Assembly (NCBI GenBank): GCA_963760795.1
Contig: CAVXEP010000033.1
Span: forward strand, 1 to 64,000
Direction: 5' to 3'
Length of the DNA: 64,000 nucleotides
Origin: an uncultured delta proteobacterium
Lineage (GTDB): Bacteria; Desulfobacterota; Binatia; UBA9968
In this document: positions 31,386 to 42,342 of the stretch, piece by piece
How the letters are laid out: each line of letters starts with the position of its first letter
Position numbering within the stretch: position 1 is the stretch's first letter
Position numbers and translations under genes: made by a program
The notes under the pieces: generated by a model
Databases searched by the model: none
Seen by the model: the letters and a program-made list of their open reading frames with translations, nothing else
Told to the model about the DNA's origin: nothing

Positions 31386-31662
31386 AGGGTGAACTTGGCG
31401 AGGATCTAGCGGGGTTCGAGGGCCAGATGTTACATCTTGCCCTTCCTGTGCAGCCGAGCGATTTCCGGCGAAGCTCTACGTTCTCGTCGATAGGTTCTGC
31501 GCGTTCTCCGATCAATGTTCCCGCTGAAGGACGAACGGAGGGGATTTTGAAATTATTGAAATAAATCCGTTCATGCTGTGCTTGTCAAAGCATGTTCCGG
31601 CTTTATTGAGCAAGCTGATAGAACTGAACGGCAACGCCGTAAAAATATCCTGGAGGAAGTTT

Positions 31663-32196
31663 ATGGAAGCAGCCGCATTGGCTTTGGATGCCTTAGGCCG
31701 GGTGCGCGAGATGGTGCGCGAGGCGCTGAAGGATTTAACGCCCGAGGAAATGTTAGCACCACCAAAACCGCACATCGCGTGGTTAACCTGGCACATCGCA
31801 CGGGTGCAGGACTCCAATTTTTCCGGCTTGCTCGATCGACCGCAGCTCTGGATCGCCGACGGCTGGCACCAGCGTTTCAATATGCCGCCCGACCCAAGAG
31901 ACTACGGCTCCGGCCATCGTCAGACCCGCGAACAGGTGGATGCCTTCATCGTCACCGACACGCCACTGCTGCTCGCTTACCACGACGCTGTGTATGCGCA
32001 GACCAAAGATTATCTGTCGACGGTGACCAATGCCGACCTGAACCGCGTCCTCAACGAACCGCAGTATTCGCCGCTGCCGACGCTGAGTATCCGGCTCGCC
32101 AGCGTGATCAACTGCAACACGCGCCACGCCGGCCAGATCGAGTATCTGCGCGGGCTGGTGAAATTCAAAGGCTGGTTTCCAGGGGCGGAGAGGTGA
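31663..32196 (+). CDS. DinB family protein
   Basis: IAWLTWHIARVQD, RHAGQIEYLRG; GGAGG RBS before ATG 31663. Confidence 0.85.
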   Translation: MEAAALALDALGRVREMVREALKDLTPEEMLAPPKPHIAWLTWHIARVQDSNFSGLLDRPQLWIADGWHQRFNMPPDPRDYGSGHRQTREQVDAFIVTDTPLLLAYHDAVYAQTKDYLSTVTNADLNRVLNEPQYSPLPTLSIRLASVINCNTRHAGQIEYLRGLVKFKGWFPGAER

Positions 32197-32393
32197 TGCA
32201 GCGTCGCGAAGAACTGATTTCAAACAAACGCGCTGTAGGTCGGGCCAAAGATCTCGGCTGACTTGGAAGCTTCTCGGGCAAAAGTAGACTGGAGTCTGCA
32301 ATTCCAGATTGCCGAGCCGTGGTAAATTCACAATGGTCTCGCGGTTAGTCGCATAACATGTAGTAACTCATAGCGGGACCGCTTCGACCCCCT

Positions 32394-33231
32394 TCATTCA
32401 TGAATCTCGAAATAGAGCAGCGAGTGATCCGAGAACTTGCCGATCCATTCGTCCTTTTTCGCGGCAGTCGGCTCGTTGACCCAGCCACGCACGTCGATCT
32501 CGACTGGCGTTCCATTGATGGAATGGAAAAAGGTTTTGAAGCGGAGATTTTTTGAGGCATAGACATTATCTAGATTGGACGGGGGAATGGACGATGTGCT
32601 GCCGTTGAAAAAGGTCGCATCATGCGACTTCGGCAGCCGTCGCATCAAGATCGTCGGCCGGGCGGCGTAGTTGTCCCACTTCTTCAATTCGACCTCCGCT
32701 AGAATCGAGCGGTCGAATGGGTATTTCATGCCCATCGTGTTGAAGTCGCCGAGGAATAGATAACGCGCCTTACCCGCCGGGACCGCCTTCGGCGTTATCG
32801 AGGGTTCGGCGAAATTCAAAGGCCCGCTCGAGCATGTCGTCGCGCAGCCCCATGCCGCGCGGATCGGTTCCGCTCGACAGGTGCAGGAAAAGCAGCGCGT
32901 AGTTCTTTCCATCCTTCACGATGGTGACGAGCTGGCCCGGACGCATGTGTGTAGTGCCCGAGCGAAACTCGGTCTTCTGGGTGATGAAGGCGGTTAGCGG
33001 CTTCTTAACCCCGACGAGAATCTCCTGGGTTTCTACTCCCTCAGTAATCTGGAACGTGTAGTTTGGCATCTTGCTCACCAGCGCGCTGAATACGGTCGCG
33101 CCCTCGACTTCATACAAGCCGAAGACATCCGGATTCTGCGCCTTGACGAAATCGATGACTCTATCTACACGAGTTGGATCTTCCTTGAAGTGCTCGACGT
33201 TCCACGATGCAATGGAAAAGACTTTTGCCAT
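32394..33231 (-). CDS. Endonuclease/exonuclease/phosphatase (DNase I-like) protein (frameshift near 32775)
   Basis: ASWNVEHF, PDVFGLYEV, LHL, LGDFN, LDNV, SDH motifs across two frames. Confidence 0.85.
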
Positions 33232-33512
33232 GGGAGTCGTTCCTTTCGAGGGCTAGGACAGCTTGTTGTGCAATGTCTAGACTCGCCGCCGGCGGCCATG
33301 GTGTGCGATCTGCCGCCGAACCGCGGTTGCAGTATCTTGAGGCAAATAATTGGGCACGCGATCGCTAGCTTGAAGTTGCGCCGTCGCTCAACCGATCATC
33401 CCGGCCCAGCATAGACGATGTTTATCTCGCGAAGATTGTGAAACCGCATCCATCCTGTCGATTCAACCGTTCGCGTGACTTGGCCGGACTCACGCTAAAG
33501 GTTGCTTGCGTG

Positions 33513-33700
33513 TCACCGGCGAAAGGCGTTTGCTAAGGCTACGGCTGCACAGCTTTTTGGCACCGGCGCCGCCAGCTCTTGCAGATATTTATCCTGTTCC
33601 TTCGGTGTGAACATCGCCAGTGAAGCGTCGGCGTTTTTCGGCATGCCGTAGACGAAGTGGAAGGCGTGGCTGTCCCAGTCGTAGAACTCGTCATAATGAG
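33513..33700 (-). pseudogene. 3' remnant of a paralog of the VOC protein at 34108
   Basis: DEFYDWDSHAFHFVYGMPKNADASLAMFTPKEQD vs DEFYDWDGHAFHFIGGIPKNADGSLAMYTPKEQD. Confidence 0.75.
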
Positions 33701-33705
33701 TCACG

Positions 33706-33906
33706 TTAGATATCGACGGACATTCCCCCAACGCGCTGCAACAACGCCTGATAGCTTGCCCGTTCTGAAAAGAGCTTTAGGTCATACTCTTTCTGCGAAA
33801 CCAAGCCTTTGTCGATTAGGAGCTTCGCCACAACGTCAGCCGTCGCGAGTGCCGTTATCATAAGCTCTTGGAGCGTGAGGATTCCATCTTTGTCCAATTG
33901 ACCCAT
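33706..33906 (-). CDS. Small helical hypothetical protein (66 aa)
   Basis: AGGAAGGA RBS; MGQLDKDGILTLQELMITALATADVVAKLLIDKGLVSQKEY. Confidence 0.65.
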   Translation of the reverse strand: MGQLDKDGILTLQELMITALATADVVAKLLIDKGLVSQKEYDLKLFSERASYQALLQRVGGMSVDI

Positions 33907-34107
33907 TTTAGCGTTCCTTCCTTTCGGCGCAGCTATTTTCGGCGGCACCCCTCAGGTTTGAAGTTCCTATAGAACCGCGAAAACGGGCATCCATCAGCAA
34001 TCAATTTCCCTGGGATTCCGGGCCGCTCCGGCTTTCGCCAGCTCGCCCGGAATGACGATCGAATCATTTAGCCAATTGCCGAGACAGAAGTATTAGCTCC
34101 TCGATCA

Positions 34108-35143
34108 CTACGGCTGCACACCTTTTTTCAGCGACTCGGCCAATTCGCGCAGGTATTCATCCTGTTCCTTCGGTGTGTACATGGCTAGCGAGCCGTCGGC
34201 ATTTTTGGGGATGCCGCCGATGAAATGGAAGGCGTGGCCGTCCCAGTCGTAGAATTCGTCGCCGCGCTGGTAGATCTCTTTCCACTTGTAGCCGACCGGG
34301 CTGCGGTGCAGGCCGGTGCGGGCGGGGAAGTTGTCTTCTTTGTCGCGGGAGTCGTTCAAGTGTTCTTTAGCGCCGGCTTCTTCCGGCAGGCTTTCCCACA
34401 TGCGCCGGTAGTTGGGCAAGTACTCTTCGTCGCGCACGGTGAATGCCGTGTGCATGTCCCACCACGGGCTGTGGCCGGCGATGCGTTCGTCGAGCTGGTC
34501 GACGAGTTTGTAAACCAGCCGGGCGCCGGTGCGCGTGCGCAAAACCATTGTGCCCTCGGCGGTCTTGGCGCTGCGTTCGGATGTCCATGCCGCAATATTT
34601 TTCGAAGAACGCCGCGGTGCGCGCCAGGTCGCGGGAACCGTACACGCAGTGACTGATGCGCCCGACATTTTCCGTGGTGCGCACTTCCATGGCGCCTTGC
34701 GGCATGTTTGCCGGCGCCCAGAATTCATACTGATTGCCGTCGGGATCGGCGAAGCAAATGACCGTCCCATCGTCGCCATTGTCCGCAGTCTTCACCGGAT
34801 CGGTGTGGGGAATCTTATGCTGATCGAGACGGCGCAGGTGTGAATCGATATCTTCCGGCCGGACGTAGAAGCCGCAGCGCGGCATGTCTTTGCCGAGTTC
34901 CTTCGCCTTGGGATAATTTTCCGGCTGGAGGAAGGCGCCGATGCGGCAGGACTCATCGTCCCACCACATGAAGCAAAAGATCGGCGTGTTTTTCTTGCGC
35001 ATGTTGGTGGTCAGTCCATTGATCGGCCGGATCGGCAGACCGGTGGCGTGGAGCGCCCAGTAACTCCAGCCCGGTAAATCGTTGGTGCCGACGACGTAGT
35101 GATCGATCCAGTGAACTGCGCCTTTGGGTTCGACGGTAGACAT
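34108..35143 (-). CDS. VOC/glyoxalase-superfamily protein (frameshift near 34575)
   Basis: WIDHYVVGTNDL, FADPDGNQYEFW, RISHCVYGSRDL...FFEKYCG, FYDWDGHAFHF. Confidence 0.75.
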
Positions 35144-35322
35144 GGGGAATCCTCCAGTAGGAAAAGTGATAATCGCTCGATTGTGCTTGGGGTAGCAGAC
35201 CCGGGTGCGGGCGTCAAGGGCTTAACGTCCCGCTAGCGCGTTCCAATCGTTCAAAACGTTTCTGATTCGACTCGGCCAAGGGTTCAAGCGGGATATTGCG
35301 GCTAGTCGGAGGGGCTAAAATT

Positions 35323-36742
35323 TTACTCCCCTGCAAATGCCGGTTTGAGAGTGTGCCAGTCGGTCGCGCTTTGGTACGCCGCGGCGGCATTCAGAACAGT
35401 CTGATCGGCGAACGATGCACCGATCAGTTGCATGCCGATTGGCAGGCCCTCGACATCGATGCCGCACGGAAGCGAACAGCCGGGGAGGCCAAGCATGCTG
35501 GGAAAGCGCAGTAAATTAGACTGATTGTAGCTGGCGTGGCGCGAGTCGTCGCCGTTGCCCTGGACGCCTTGCGCCAGGGGCGGCGCCACGCGCGCGGTGG
35601 TCGGGGCGGCGATGATATCGACCTGGTCGTAGGCAGCTCTGACCGCTTCGCGGATGCGGTGGCGGGCGCGCTGGGCGGTCAAGTATTCGGACGCGGTGAT
35701 CGCCATGCCGACGGCGATGCCGCGGGCGACATGGGGCACGTAGTCCTGGGCGCGTTCACGAAACCAGCGGCGATTGATGCCGGCGCTCTCGGCCGAGCTG
35801 GTGAGCATGGAAGTCATCGCCGCGTAGCTAATTTCGGGAACATCGAGTTCGACGATTTCACAGCCGGCATCGGCAAAGACTTTGATCGAAGCAGTAAACG
35901 CGTCGCGTACCGGGCCATCGACGCCGTCGAGAAATTTGCGCAGCACGCCGACGCGCAGTCCTTTGACGTTTTCATTCAAGCGCTCGGCGTAGGCCGAAGA
36001 ATCTTGCCGCACGCTGGCCGGATCGCGCGCGTCGTAGCCGGCGACCGGGTCGAGCGCCAAGGCGATATCTTTGACGGTGCGGGCGAACAAACCGACATGA
36101 TCCTGACTCCAGGCGCCGCGAAATGAGCCGTGGCGGCTGATGATGCCGAAGGTCGGTTTAAAGCCGACGATGCCGCAGTAGGACGCCGGACGGCGCACCG
36201 ATGAACCGGTTTCGGTGCCGTAGGACAGCGGGCCGATGCGCGCGGCGACGGCGGCGGCGGAACCGCCGCTTGAGCCGCCGGCGATGCGGTCCAAATTCCA
36301 CGGGTTATGCACCGGGCCGAAGTGCGACAGTGTCGAAGTGCCGCCATGGCCGAACTCGTCTAGATTGGTCTTGCCGAAGATCACCGCGCCGGCGGCGCGC
36401 AAGCTTTTCTACCAGCGTCGAGTCGCGGTCGGGCACCCAGTCTTGCAAGATTTTCGAGCCGCCGGTGGTGAGCACGCCACTCATCTCGAACATGTCTTTG
36501 ATACTTACCGGTACGCCATGGAGCGGGCCGCGGTAGTTGCCGGCGGCGATCTCCTGATCGGCTCTCTTGGCGTCGGCGAGCGCCGGCTCGGCGCAGACGG
36601 TGATAAAGGCGTTGAGTTTGTCGTCAAGAGCTTTGAGTCGCTTGAGCGTCGCCTGAAGTGCTTCCACCGCCGAAACCTTGCGTGCGGCAATGAGCCAAGA
36701 GAGATCGGTCAAGCTCAGGTCTAGTAACTCGGCATCGTCCAT
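35323..36742 (-). CDS. Amidase-signature family amidase (GatA/AtzE-like; +1 frameshift near 36402)
   Basis: PLHGVPVSIKD, GKTNLDEF, GGSSGGSAAAVAA, GTETGSSVRRPASYCG, GLPIGMQLIG. Confidence 0.9.
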
Positions 36743-36744
36743 GA

Positions 36745-36936
36745 TCAAGCTTTCCTGCCTCTAGGTTGCGCCTGGTGTGAAATCCAAGCCGTATCGTTGG
36801 CAAATTCTTCCAGCTCGGCAACGACTCTCTGGTTGTCCTCGATCTCTTTGGCTATGGCTTCGAGATCGGCCGGGGAAAAGCTAACGCCCTCTAGGAGCGA
36901 TAAGCGATGGGCAATTTCATCTTCATTACTATTCAT
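36745..36936 (-). CDS. Small acidic protein (63 aa), putative GatC/AtzG-like amidase partner
   Basis: MNSNEDEIAHRLSLLEGVSFSPADLEAIAKEIEDNQRVVAELEEF; stop 2 nt before the amidase ATG. Confidence 0.6.
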   Translation of the reverse strand: MNSNEDEIAHRLSLLEGVSFSPADLEAIAKEIEDNQRVVAELEEFANDTAWISHQAQPRGRKA

Positions 36937-36994
36937 AGGAGGTTCCCGTTTTCGCAGCGCCGCCAATTGCAGAGCCGTGGAGAATAACTTTCGA

Positions 36995-37990
36995 TCACTT
37001 GATCTTTTTGGACAGTAGATACGCGCCGGCATCGAAAGCGCTTTCCGGCGGGTCTTTCTTTATGCCGCCCTCGGCTTTGACGATCTCATGCATGCGCTTG
37101 AGCGACGTGATGTCTTGGGGCTCGAAAGTCGCCATATAGGCGCCGTCCCACTGGTCGGCGTAAGCGCGCGCGTCGGTGCTGTTCATGTTGGCGGCTTTTT
37201 GCAGGAGCTCGGCGACCCGTGGTTTATTCTTTGACCCATAGTCAACCGCCTTGCGTGTCGCCGCAATGAATTTCGCCACGGCTTGAGGGTTTTTCCCGAG
37301 ATAGTCGCTGTAGACGATGGTTACCGCCAGGATCGGCGCGGCCTTACCCTTGGTGAGTTTTTTCCATTCGTCGACGATGGCGGCTAAGCGGCGCAGTTTG
37401 GCTTCCTCCATTTGCGCGATGGTCACCGAGCGGATCACCGCCGCGTCAATTTCTCCCTGGGTGAGGAACTGCGCCAGCCGCGCCTCATTGCCCGGCGCAA
37501 CGGTGAACTCGTTAGCTTTGATGTTGAAGTTGTGATCGAAAACCGCCGTGGCGAGGGCGTGGGTTGCGCTGCCCGCGGGCGACATACCGATTTTTTTGCC
37601 CTTCAACTCGGCGACGCTTTTGATCGGTGAGTTGTCGAGGACGGTGATTTGCGCTTCGGCGATCTGCGTCGCCAGAACAATTTTTACCGGCACGCCGTCA
37701 GCGGCGATGGCCATGGAGTTGGTCGACGGCGCGGCAAAGGCCAAGTCGATGGAGTTCGAGACGATGGCGCGGGTCGGGCCGTTGACTTCGGCGAACTTGA
37801 CCCATTCAACGTCGAGGCCTTCCTTCTCGGCGAATTTCAGCTGCTCCATCACTGCGCCAAAGCCCAGACTGAAACCACTCGTCCAATAACCGACCTTGAT
37901 TTTTTGCGCGTGAAGCGTTGCCGGTAGCGCACTGGAAAATAACAGAGCCAGTGCGGCGAGCGCGTGTAGCGTCGGTTTTCTAGCGTTCAC
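36995..37990 (-). CDS. NitT/TauT-family ABC substrate-binding protein
   Basis: Signal peptide, EKEGLDVEWVKF, ELKGKKIGM. Confidence 0.9.
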   Translation of the reverse strand: MNARKPTLHALAALALLFSSALPATLHAQKIKVGYWTSGFSLGFGAVMEQLKFAEKEGLDVEWVKFAEVNGPTRAIVSNSIDLAFAAPSTNSMAIAADGVPVKIVLATQIAEAQITVLDNSPIKSVAELKGKKIGMSPAGSATHALATAVFDHNFNIKANEFTVAPGNEARLAQFLTQGEIDAAVIRSVTIAQMEEAKLRRLAAIVDEWKKLTKGKAAPILAVTIVYSDYLGKNPQAVAKFIAATRKAVDYGSKNKPRVAELLQKAANMNSTDARAYADQWDGAYMATFEPQDITSLKRMHEIVKAEGGIKKDPPESAFDAGAYLLSKKIK

Positions 37991-38061
37991 AGTGACCTCC
38001 GGCGGTTCTTTTGCTGCATCGTATCAAAGCGCGTGGTGAGCGCAATCTCAATCTGCGACGA

Positions 38062-38856
38062 TCAGATCAACTCGCGCAGCTGTTGAATGTAGCGCGTGAC
38101 TTCGGCCTGAGTCGGATCGCGCGGCCGGGACAGTTCGATGTCGATGATCTTGCGGATTGTCGCCGGGCGCGGCGACACCACGGCGACACGATCGGCGAGC
38201 ACGACCGCTTCTTCGACGTCGTGGGTGACGAATATGATCGTCATCGGCTTGAAGTGGTGAATGCGCAGAAGCTCGGCGTGCATCTGCGCGCGAGTTTGCG
38301 CATCGAGACGTGAAAACGGTTCGTCCATCAGCAGGATCGCGGGGGTTGTGACCAAGCTGCGCGCCAGCGCAACGCGGCTGCGCATGCCGCCGGAAAGTTG
38401 GTAAGGAAACGCCTTCGCGAAATCGCCGAGATTGACCAGTTGCAAAACATCGCGAGCCCGCTGCCGGCGCTCCGGTTTGGCCATCGCGCCGGCTTCCAAG
38501 GCAAATTCGATGTTGCTCAGGGTGCTACGCCAGGGTAAAAGCCGATCTTCTTGAAACATGTAACTGACGCGCTGCCAGTCGTTAAAATCACTGCTGGCGG
38601 CGCCCTGAAGACAAACCTGACCGCGGTCCGGCTTAATGAGACCGGAGATGATGTTGAGCAGTGTACTCTTGCCGGAGCCCGAGGCGCCGAGCAAAGCGAC
38701 GATGGTGCCTGCCGTGACGGTGAGATTAATGTTGTCGAGGACGGCGAGAGACTCGCCAGCTGTGGGAAAACTCTTGTAAACGGCCGTGAGACGAATCGCT
38801 GGCGGCGATCCCGTTCCATCGTCACAGGCGCTGCTAATATTTTCCGCTTCAGCCAT
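38062..38856 (-). CDS. NitT/TauT-family ABC ATP-binding protein
   Basis: Walker A GASGSGKST, signature LSGGM, Walker B LLMDEPF. Confidence 0.95.
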   Translation of the reverse strand: MAEAENISSACDDGTGSPPAIRLTAVYKSFPTAGESLAVLDNINLTVTAGTIVALLGASGSGKSTLLNIISGLIKPDRGQVCLQGAASSDFNDWQRVSYMFQEDRLLPWRSTLSNIEFALEAGAMAKPERRQRARDVLQLVNLGDFAKAFPYQLSGGMRSRVALARSLVTTPAILLMDEPFSRLDAQTRAQMHAELLRIHHFKPMTIIFVTHDVEEAVVLADRVAVVSPRPATIRKIIDIELSRPRDPTQAEVTRYIQQLRELI

Positions 38857-38890
38857 TTCTATACTTTTACGGTCGCAGTCCCCGTTGGCA

Positions 38891-39685
38891 TCATGGTAGC
38901 GGCGCCTCTTTTTGCCAACGGAAGAGATGACTTTCCAGCGGCTTCAGAAGCCCCATTTCCAGGGTTGCCATGAGCAAGACCAAGGTCAATGTCCAGGCGA
39001 ATACTTGGTCGGTTTGAATCAGATCGGCGGCTTGGCGCAGCCGGTAGCCGACGCCGCTCGACGAACCAATGGTCTCGGCGACCAGCGAGACGCGCCAGCC
39101 AAAGCCAAAGGCCAACCGGGAGCCGGAGAAGAAATGGGGCAGGATTGTCGGCAGATAAATCTTGGTCATCACCTTCCAGTCAGGCATGCGCAAGACCCTG
39201 GCGAGCTCGATGAAATCGGCATTAACCGTGCGCGTACCTTGCCAGACATTGGTGACGATCAACGGCATGGCGGTCATGAAAACCACAAAGATCGTCGTCG
39301 CGTTGGAGATGCCGAACCAGATGATCGCGAAAATAGCCCAGATCGCGGAGGAGACCGTGTTCAACACCGGGATCACCGGTTCAAAAAAATCGCCTACTCT
39401 ATGATTGGCGCCGAGCAAGATGCCGAAGGGCAAGCCGAGGACCGCCGCGACGAGAAAACCGACGGTGACACGCCAGAGCGTGATCGCGACGTTGCTCCAC
39501 AGATCGCCGTTGCCGGCGATACGACTGAGGGCTTCCCAGACCCGTGACGGTCCGGGGAGTATGTAATGAGGCACAGAAAGCGCGGCAAACCACCAAACCG
39601 CGAGGATGACGACAACGAGCGCTAAACGCTGCGCGACCAGATCAAGCCGAAAGTTTGACGCGGCGATTAGACTGTCGCGGGGCAT
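38891..39685 (-). CDS. NitT/TauT-family ABC permease
   Basis: Multiple TM segments; LPTILPHFFSGSRLAFGFGWRVSLVAE..G...GVG. Confidence 0.9.
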   Translation of the reverse strand: MPRDSLIAASNFRLDLVAQRLALVVVILAVWWFAALSVPHYILPGPSRVWEALSRIAGNGDLWSNVAITLWRVTVGFLVAAVLGLPFGILLGANHRVGDFFEPVIPVLNTVSSAIWAIFAIIWFGISNATTIFVVFMTAMPLIVTNVWQGTRTVNADFIELARVLRMPDWKVMTKIYLPTILPHFFSGSRLAFGFGWRVSLVAETIGSSSGVGYRLRQAADLIQTDQVFAWTLTLVLLMATLEMGLLKPLESHLFRWQKEAPLP

Positions 39686-39709
39686 GGTGCGCAGAGCGGA
39701 TAGAACCTG

Positions 39710-39762
39710 TTCACCACGAAGGTTTGGGATAATTGTTGTGGCCTTCGCGTCCTGGGTGGTGA
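39710..39762. repeat. Degenerate CACCACGAAG...GTGGTGA palindromic element
   Basis: Same family as 61879-61960. Confidence 0.55.
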
Positions 39763-39774
39763 GCCGTCATTTCG

Positions 39775-40897
39775 TTACATGGCATAGTAGCGCGCGCAGT
39801 TGTCCCAGAGGATTTTCCGTTTGTCGTCGTCGGAAAACGGCAGGCGGAGAAAGTGATTGATCGCTTCGGGATAGCGCGAGTCGACATGGGGATAGTCGGT
39901 GGAGAAAACCAAATTGCCGTTGCCGACCTGTTGCAGGACGTTGTTGGCGATCACTTCGTCGGGTTCGATGGAGACGACGCAGTGGCGCTTGAAATACACG
40001 CTGGGCTTCTCTTTCACATCGGGTGCCCAGACATCGCCGTCGAGTTCCCAGGCTTCGTCCAAGCGCCACAGGAGCCAGGGCAGCCAGCTGCAATTGGCTT
40101 CGAGAAACGCCACGCGCAGTTTCGGATGGCGCGCGAATACGCCGCCGCCGCAGAAGCAGCCGAGCGCGAGCATCTGCTCGATCGGTTGCGCGAACACCCG
40201 GCGCAGCATGAAGTTGGGCTCCAGGCGCTCGCCGACCTGATTTCCTCCCGGTGCCGGTGGATTCGTGAAAGCCCAGGGACATATTCAAATCTTCTAGCGC
40301 ACTCCACAGCGGGTCGTAATAGGCGCTTTGCCACTGGTGATCGACGAGCGGATTGGCGCGCAAGAAGGCCGCGCGAAAACCCAACTGCTCGGCGCAGCGG
40401 CGCGCTTCGCTGACGGCATCGTCCATGTTGAACGGCGAGATCATGCCGGCGCCGACCAAGCGTTTGGGATCGCGCTGGCAGAAGTCAAACATCCAATCGT
40501 TGTAGGCGCGCGCCATGGCGGCGGCGAACTCGGCGTCCATGCGGTCGTCGACTAGAGCGCGCAGGCCGCGGGTCGGATAGAGCACGGCGATGTCGATGCC
40601 TTCGATATCCATAGCTTCGAGCTGCACTTCCGAGGTCCAGCCGCGGGCGGCATCGTTGCCGAGGATATTTTGCTTCTCTTCGAAATTTTTGCCCTTGGCC
40701 GGATCGTTGGCCGGCGTGGTCTTGCGCGACCATTCCTTGCCGTCGGGGTGCACCAAGCGCAGGTCGCGCACGTTGTGGCTGGTCATGCCGCGCGGCGCCC
40801 GGTCGCGGAATTTTTTGTCGATGTACTTTTCCCACAGCTCCGGCGGCTCCATGATATGCATGTCGCTGTCGATGACCTTAAATCCGTTCTTTGCCAT
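39775..40897 (-). CDS. Amidohydrolase family protein (frameshift near 40245)
   Basis: VIDSDMHIMEP, AMDIEGID, LGFHE, LEANCSW, FSTDYPH. Confidence 0.85.
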
Positions 40898-41020
40898 AAA
40901 TCACCTCACTTGCTTGAGCTGTATATAACCGGCGGGCCAGTGTCAATTCTAGCTTGCCAACTCATCGGCGTTGCCGACGCCGAAGGCTGGCAAAGTACGC
41001 AGAGGGTGTATCGAATGAGT

Positions 41021-42158
41021 TTACTGCGCGCGCGCCTTGCCGGCGAGCGCGTCTTCGACGATTTTCAGGGCCGGTTTAACGTCGATGTATTCCGGTCCTT
41101 CAACGAAGAAATACTTTCTGCCGGCGATGCGGCGCTGCGGCTACGGGGATTTTGTCCTTCGGGATATCGACGCGCATGGAGTCGCGGTCGCCGTGGCTTT
41201 CCTGATAGATGACCTGGCCGCGGCGCGACAGGAACCAATTGATAAACACTTTAGCGGCGTTGGGATTGGGCGCTTTACTGACCAGGGTGATCGCGCTGGC
41301 ACTGCCGCGCAGGCGTGGCATCTCTTTCAAATCGTTGGGAACGACGTACTCCACGGCACGCCTTGTGTTCTTTGCCTTGGTGACGAAGCCGTCACGGCAA
41401 AAGGCGCAAATGGCAAATTTGCCGATGCCCAACCAGTCGAACGCTTGCTGATGCTCGCGGCTCAACTGGAGGTCCATTTCGCCGAACAGGCGGCGAATGA
41501 ACTCCGGTCCCAAATCCGGATGATAGTAAAGTAGCGCAGCTCGCTGGCGCCGAAACCGGGATCGCGGGCGTCGAGGCTAACGATCTTGCCTTTCCACTTG
41601 GGTTGAAAAATATCCCAATAAGACTTGAACTCGCTCACCTTGGCTAACTGGGTATTGATCGACATGGCAAAGCCGGAAACGCTGCCTTCGTTGACGAAAA
41701 TATATTTACGCTCGGCGTCGATGTAGAAATGTTTGCCTTCGAACCACAACGAGGTGTCGAGAATCTCCGGCAGGATCAACAGCGGCGCGAGGGGATCGAA
41801 GAGTTGATTCTTGTAGAACGTGTAGAGCGATGTCGGACCGCCGAGATAAACATCGGCGAGATATTTACTGGCGCGCCGTTCGGCCAGTCAACCGCGGCGA
41901 GATGCGATTGCTGTTGCCGTGGACGAGGGTGACCTTGATCTCCGGAAAGGCGACCTGAAACTGGGCGAAGATGCCTGGGTGATAAGGGCCGATGGCGGCG
42001 TAGATCAAGATCTGCGCTTCTTTTTTGGCCGCTTGGATCGTCGATTCCCAGTCCGCCTGCCAGGAAGGCTTCTCGGCGGCGAAGGCACGCAGCGACGGCA
42101 AAGAGCTGGAGACCGAACAACAGCGCGACCTGGAGGGCATACTTGAGTTGTTCAACAC
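41021..42158 (-). pseudogene. Extracellular solute-binding protein, multiply frameshifted
   Basis: WQADWESTIQAAKKE, SYWDIFQPKWKGKI, APNPNAAKVFINWFLSRRGQ in separate frames; GTG start after AAGGAG, TAA at 41021. Confidence 0.75.
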
Positions 42159-42200
42159 AAGATCTCCTTGTCGTGATGGGTGAGAAACCTGCAGCGCACG

Positions 42201-42300
42201 CCGGCCACAGGACACGAAGCCAAGAGGGCGGGTTTGCAAACCCGCCCCTAACGTTTCGGAATTGCTTCTCTCTGTGCGTTCTCTGCGTTCTATGCGGCCA
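42201..42300. repeat. Composite REP-like element
   Basis: agggcgggtttgcaaacccgccccta plus ctctgtgcgttctctgcgttctatgcggcca 9-mer arm. Confidence 0.7.
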
Positions 42301-42342
42301 ACACCCCGATTCCGAATGATCCTCTCGGATCTCAGCCGAACC

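Noticed and set aside
32345-32373. dif-like or attC-like site (TAGTCGCATAA CATGTA)
   Set aside because: Only a XerC-like half; no XerD arm and no attC inverse core
35323-36936. gatCA of the tRNA amidotransferase
   Set aside because: No gatB, variant signature motif, and linkage to an ABC importer
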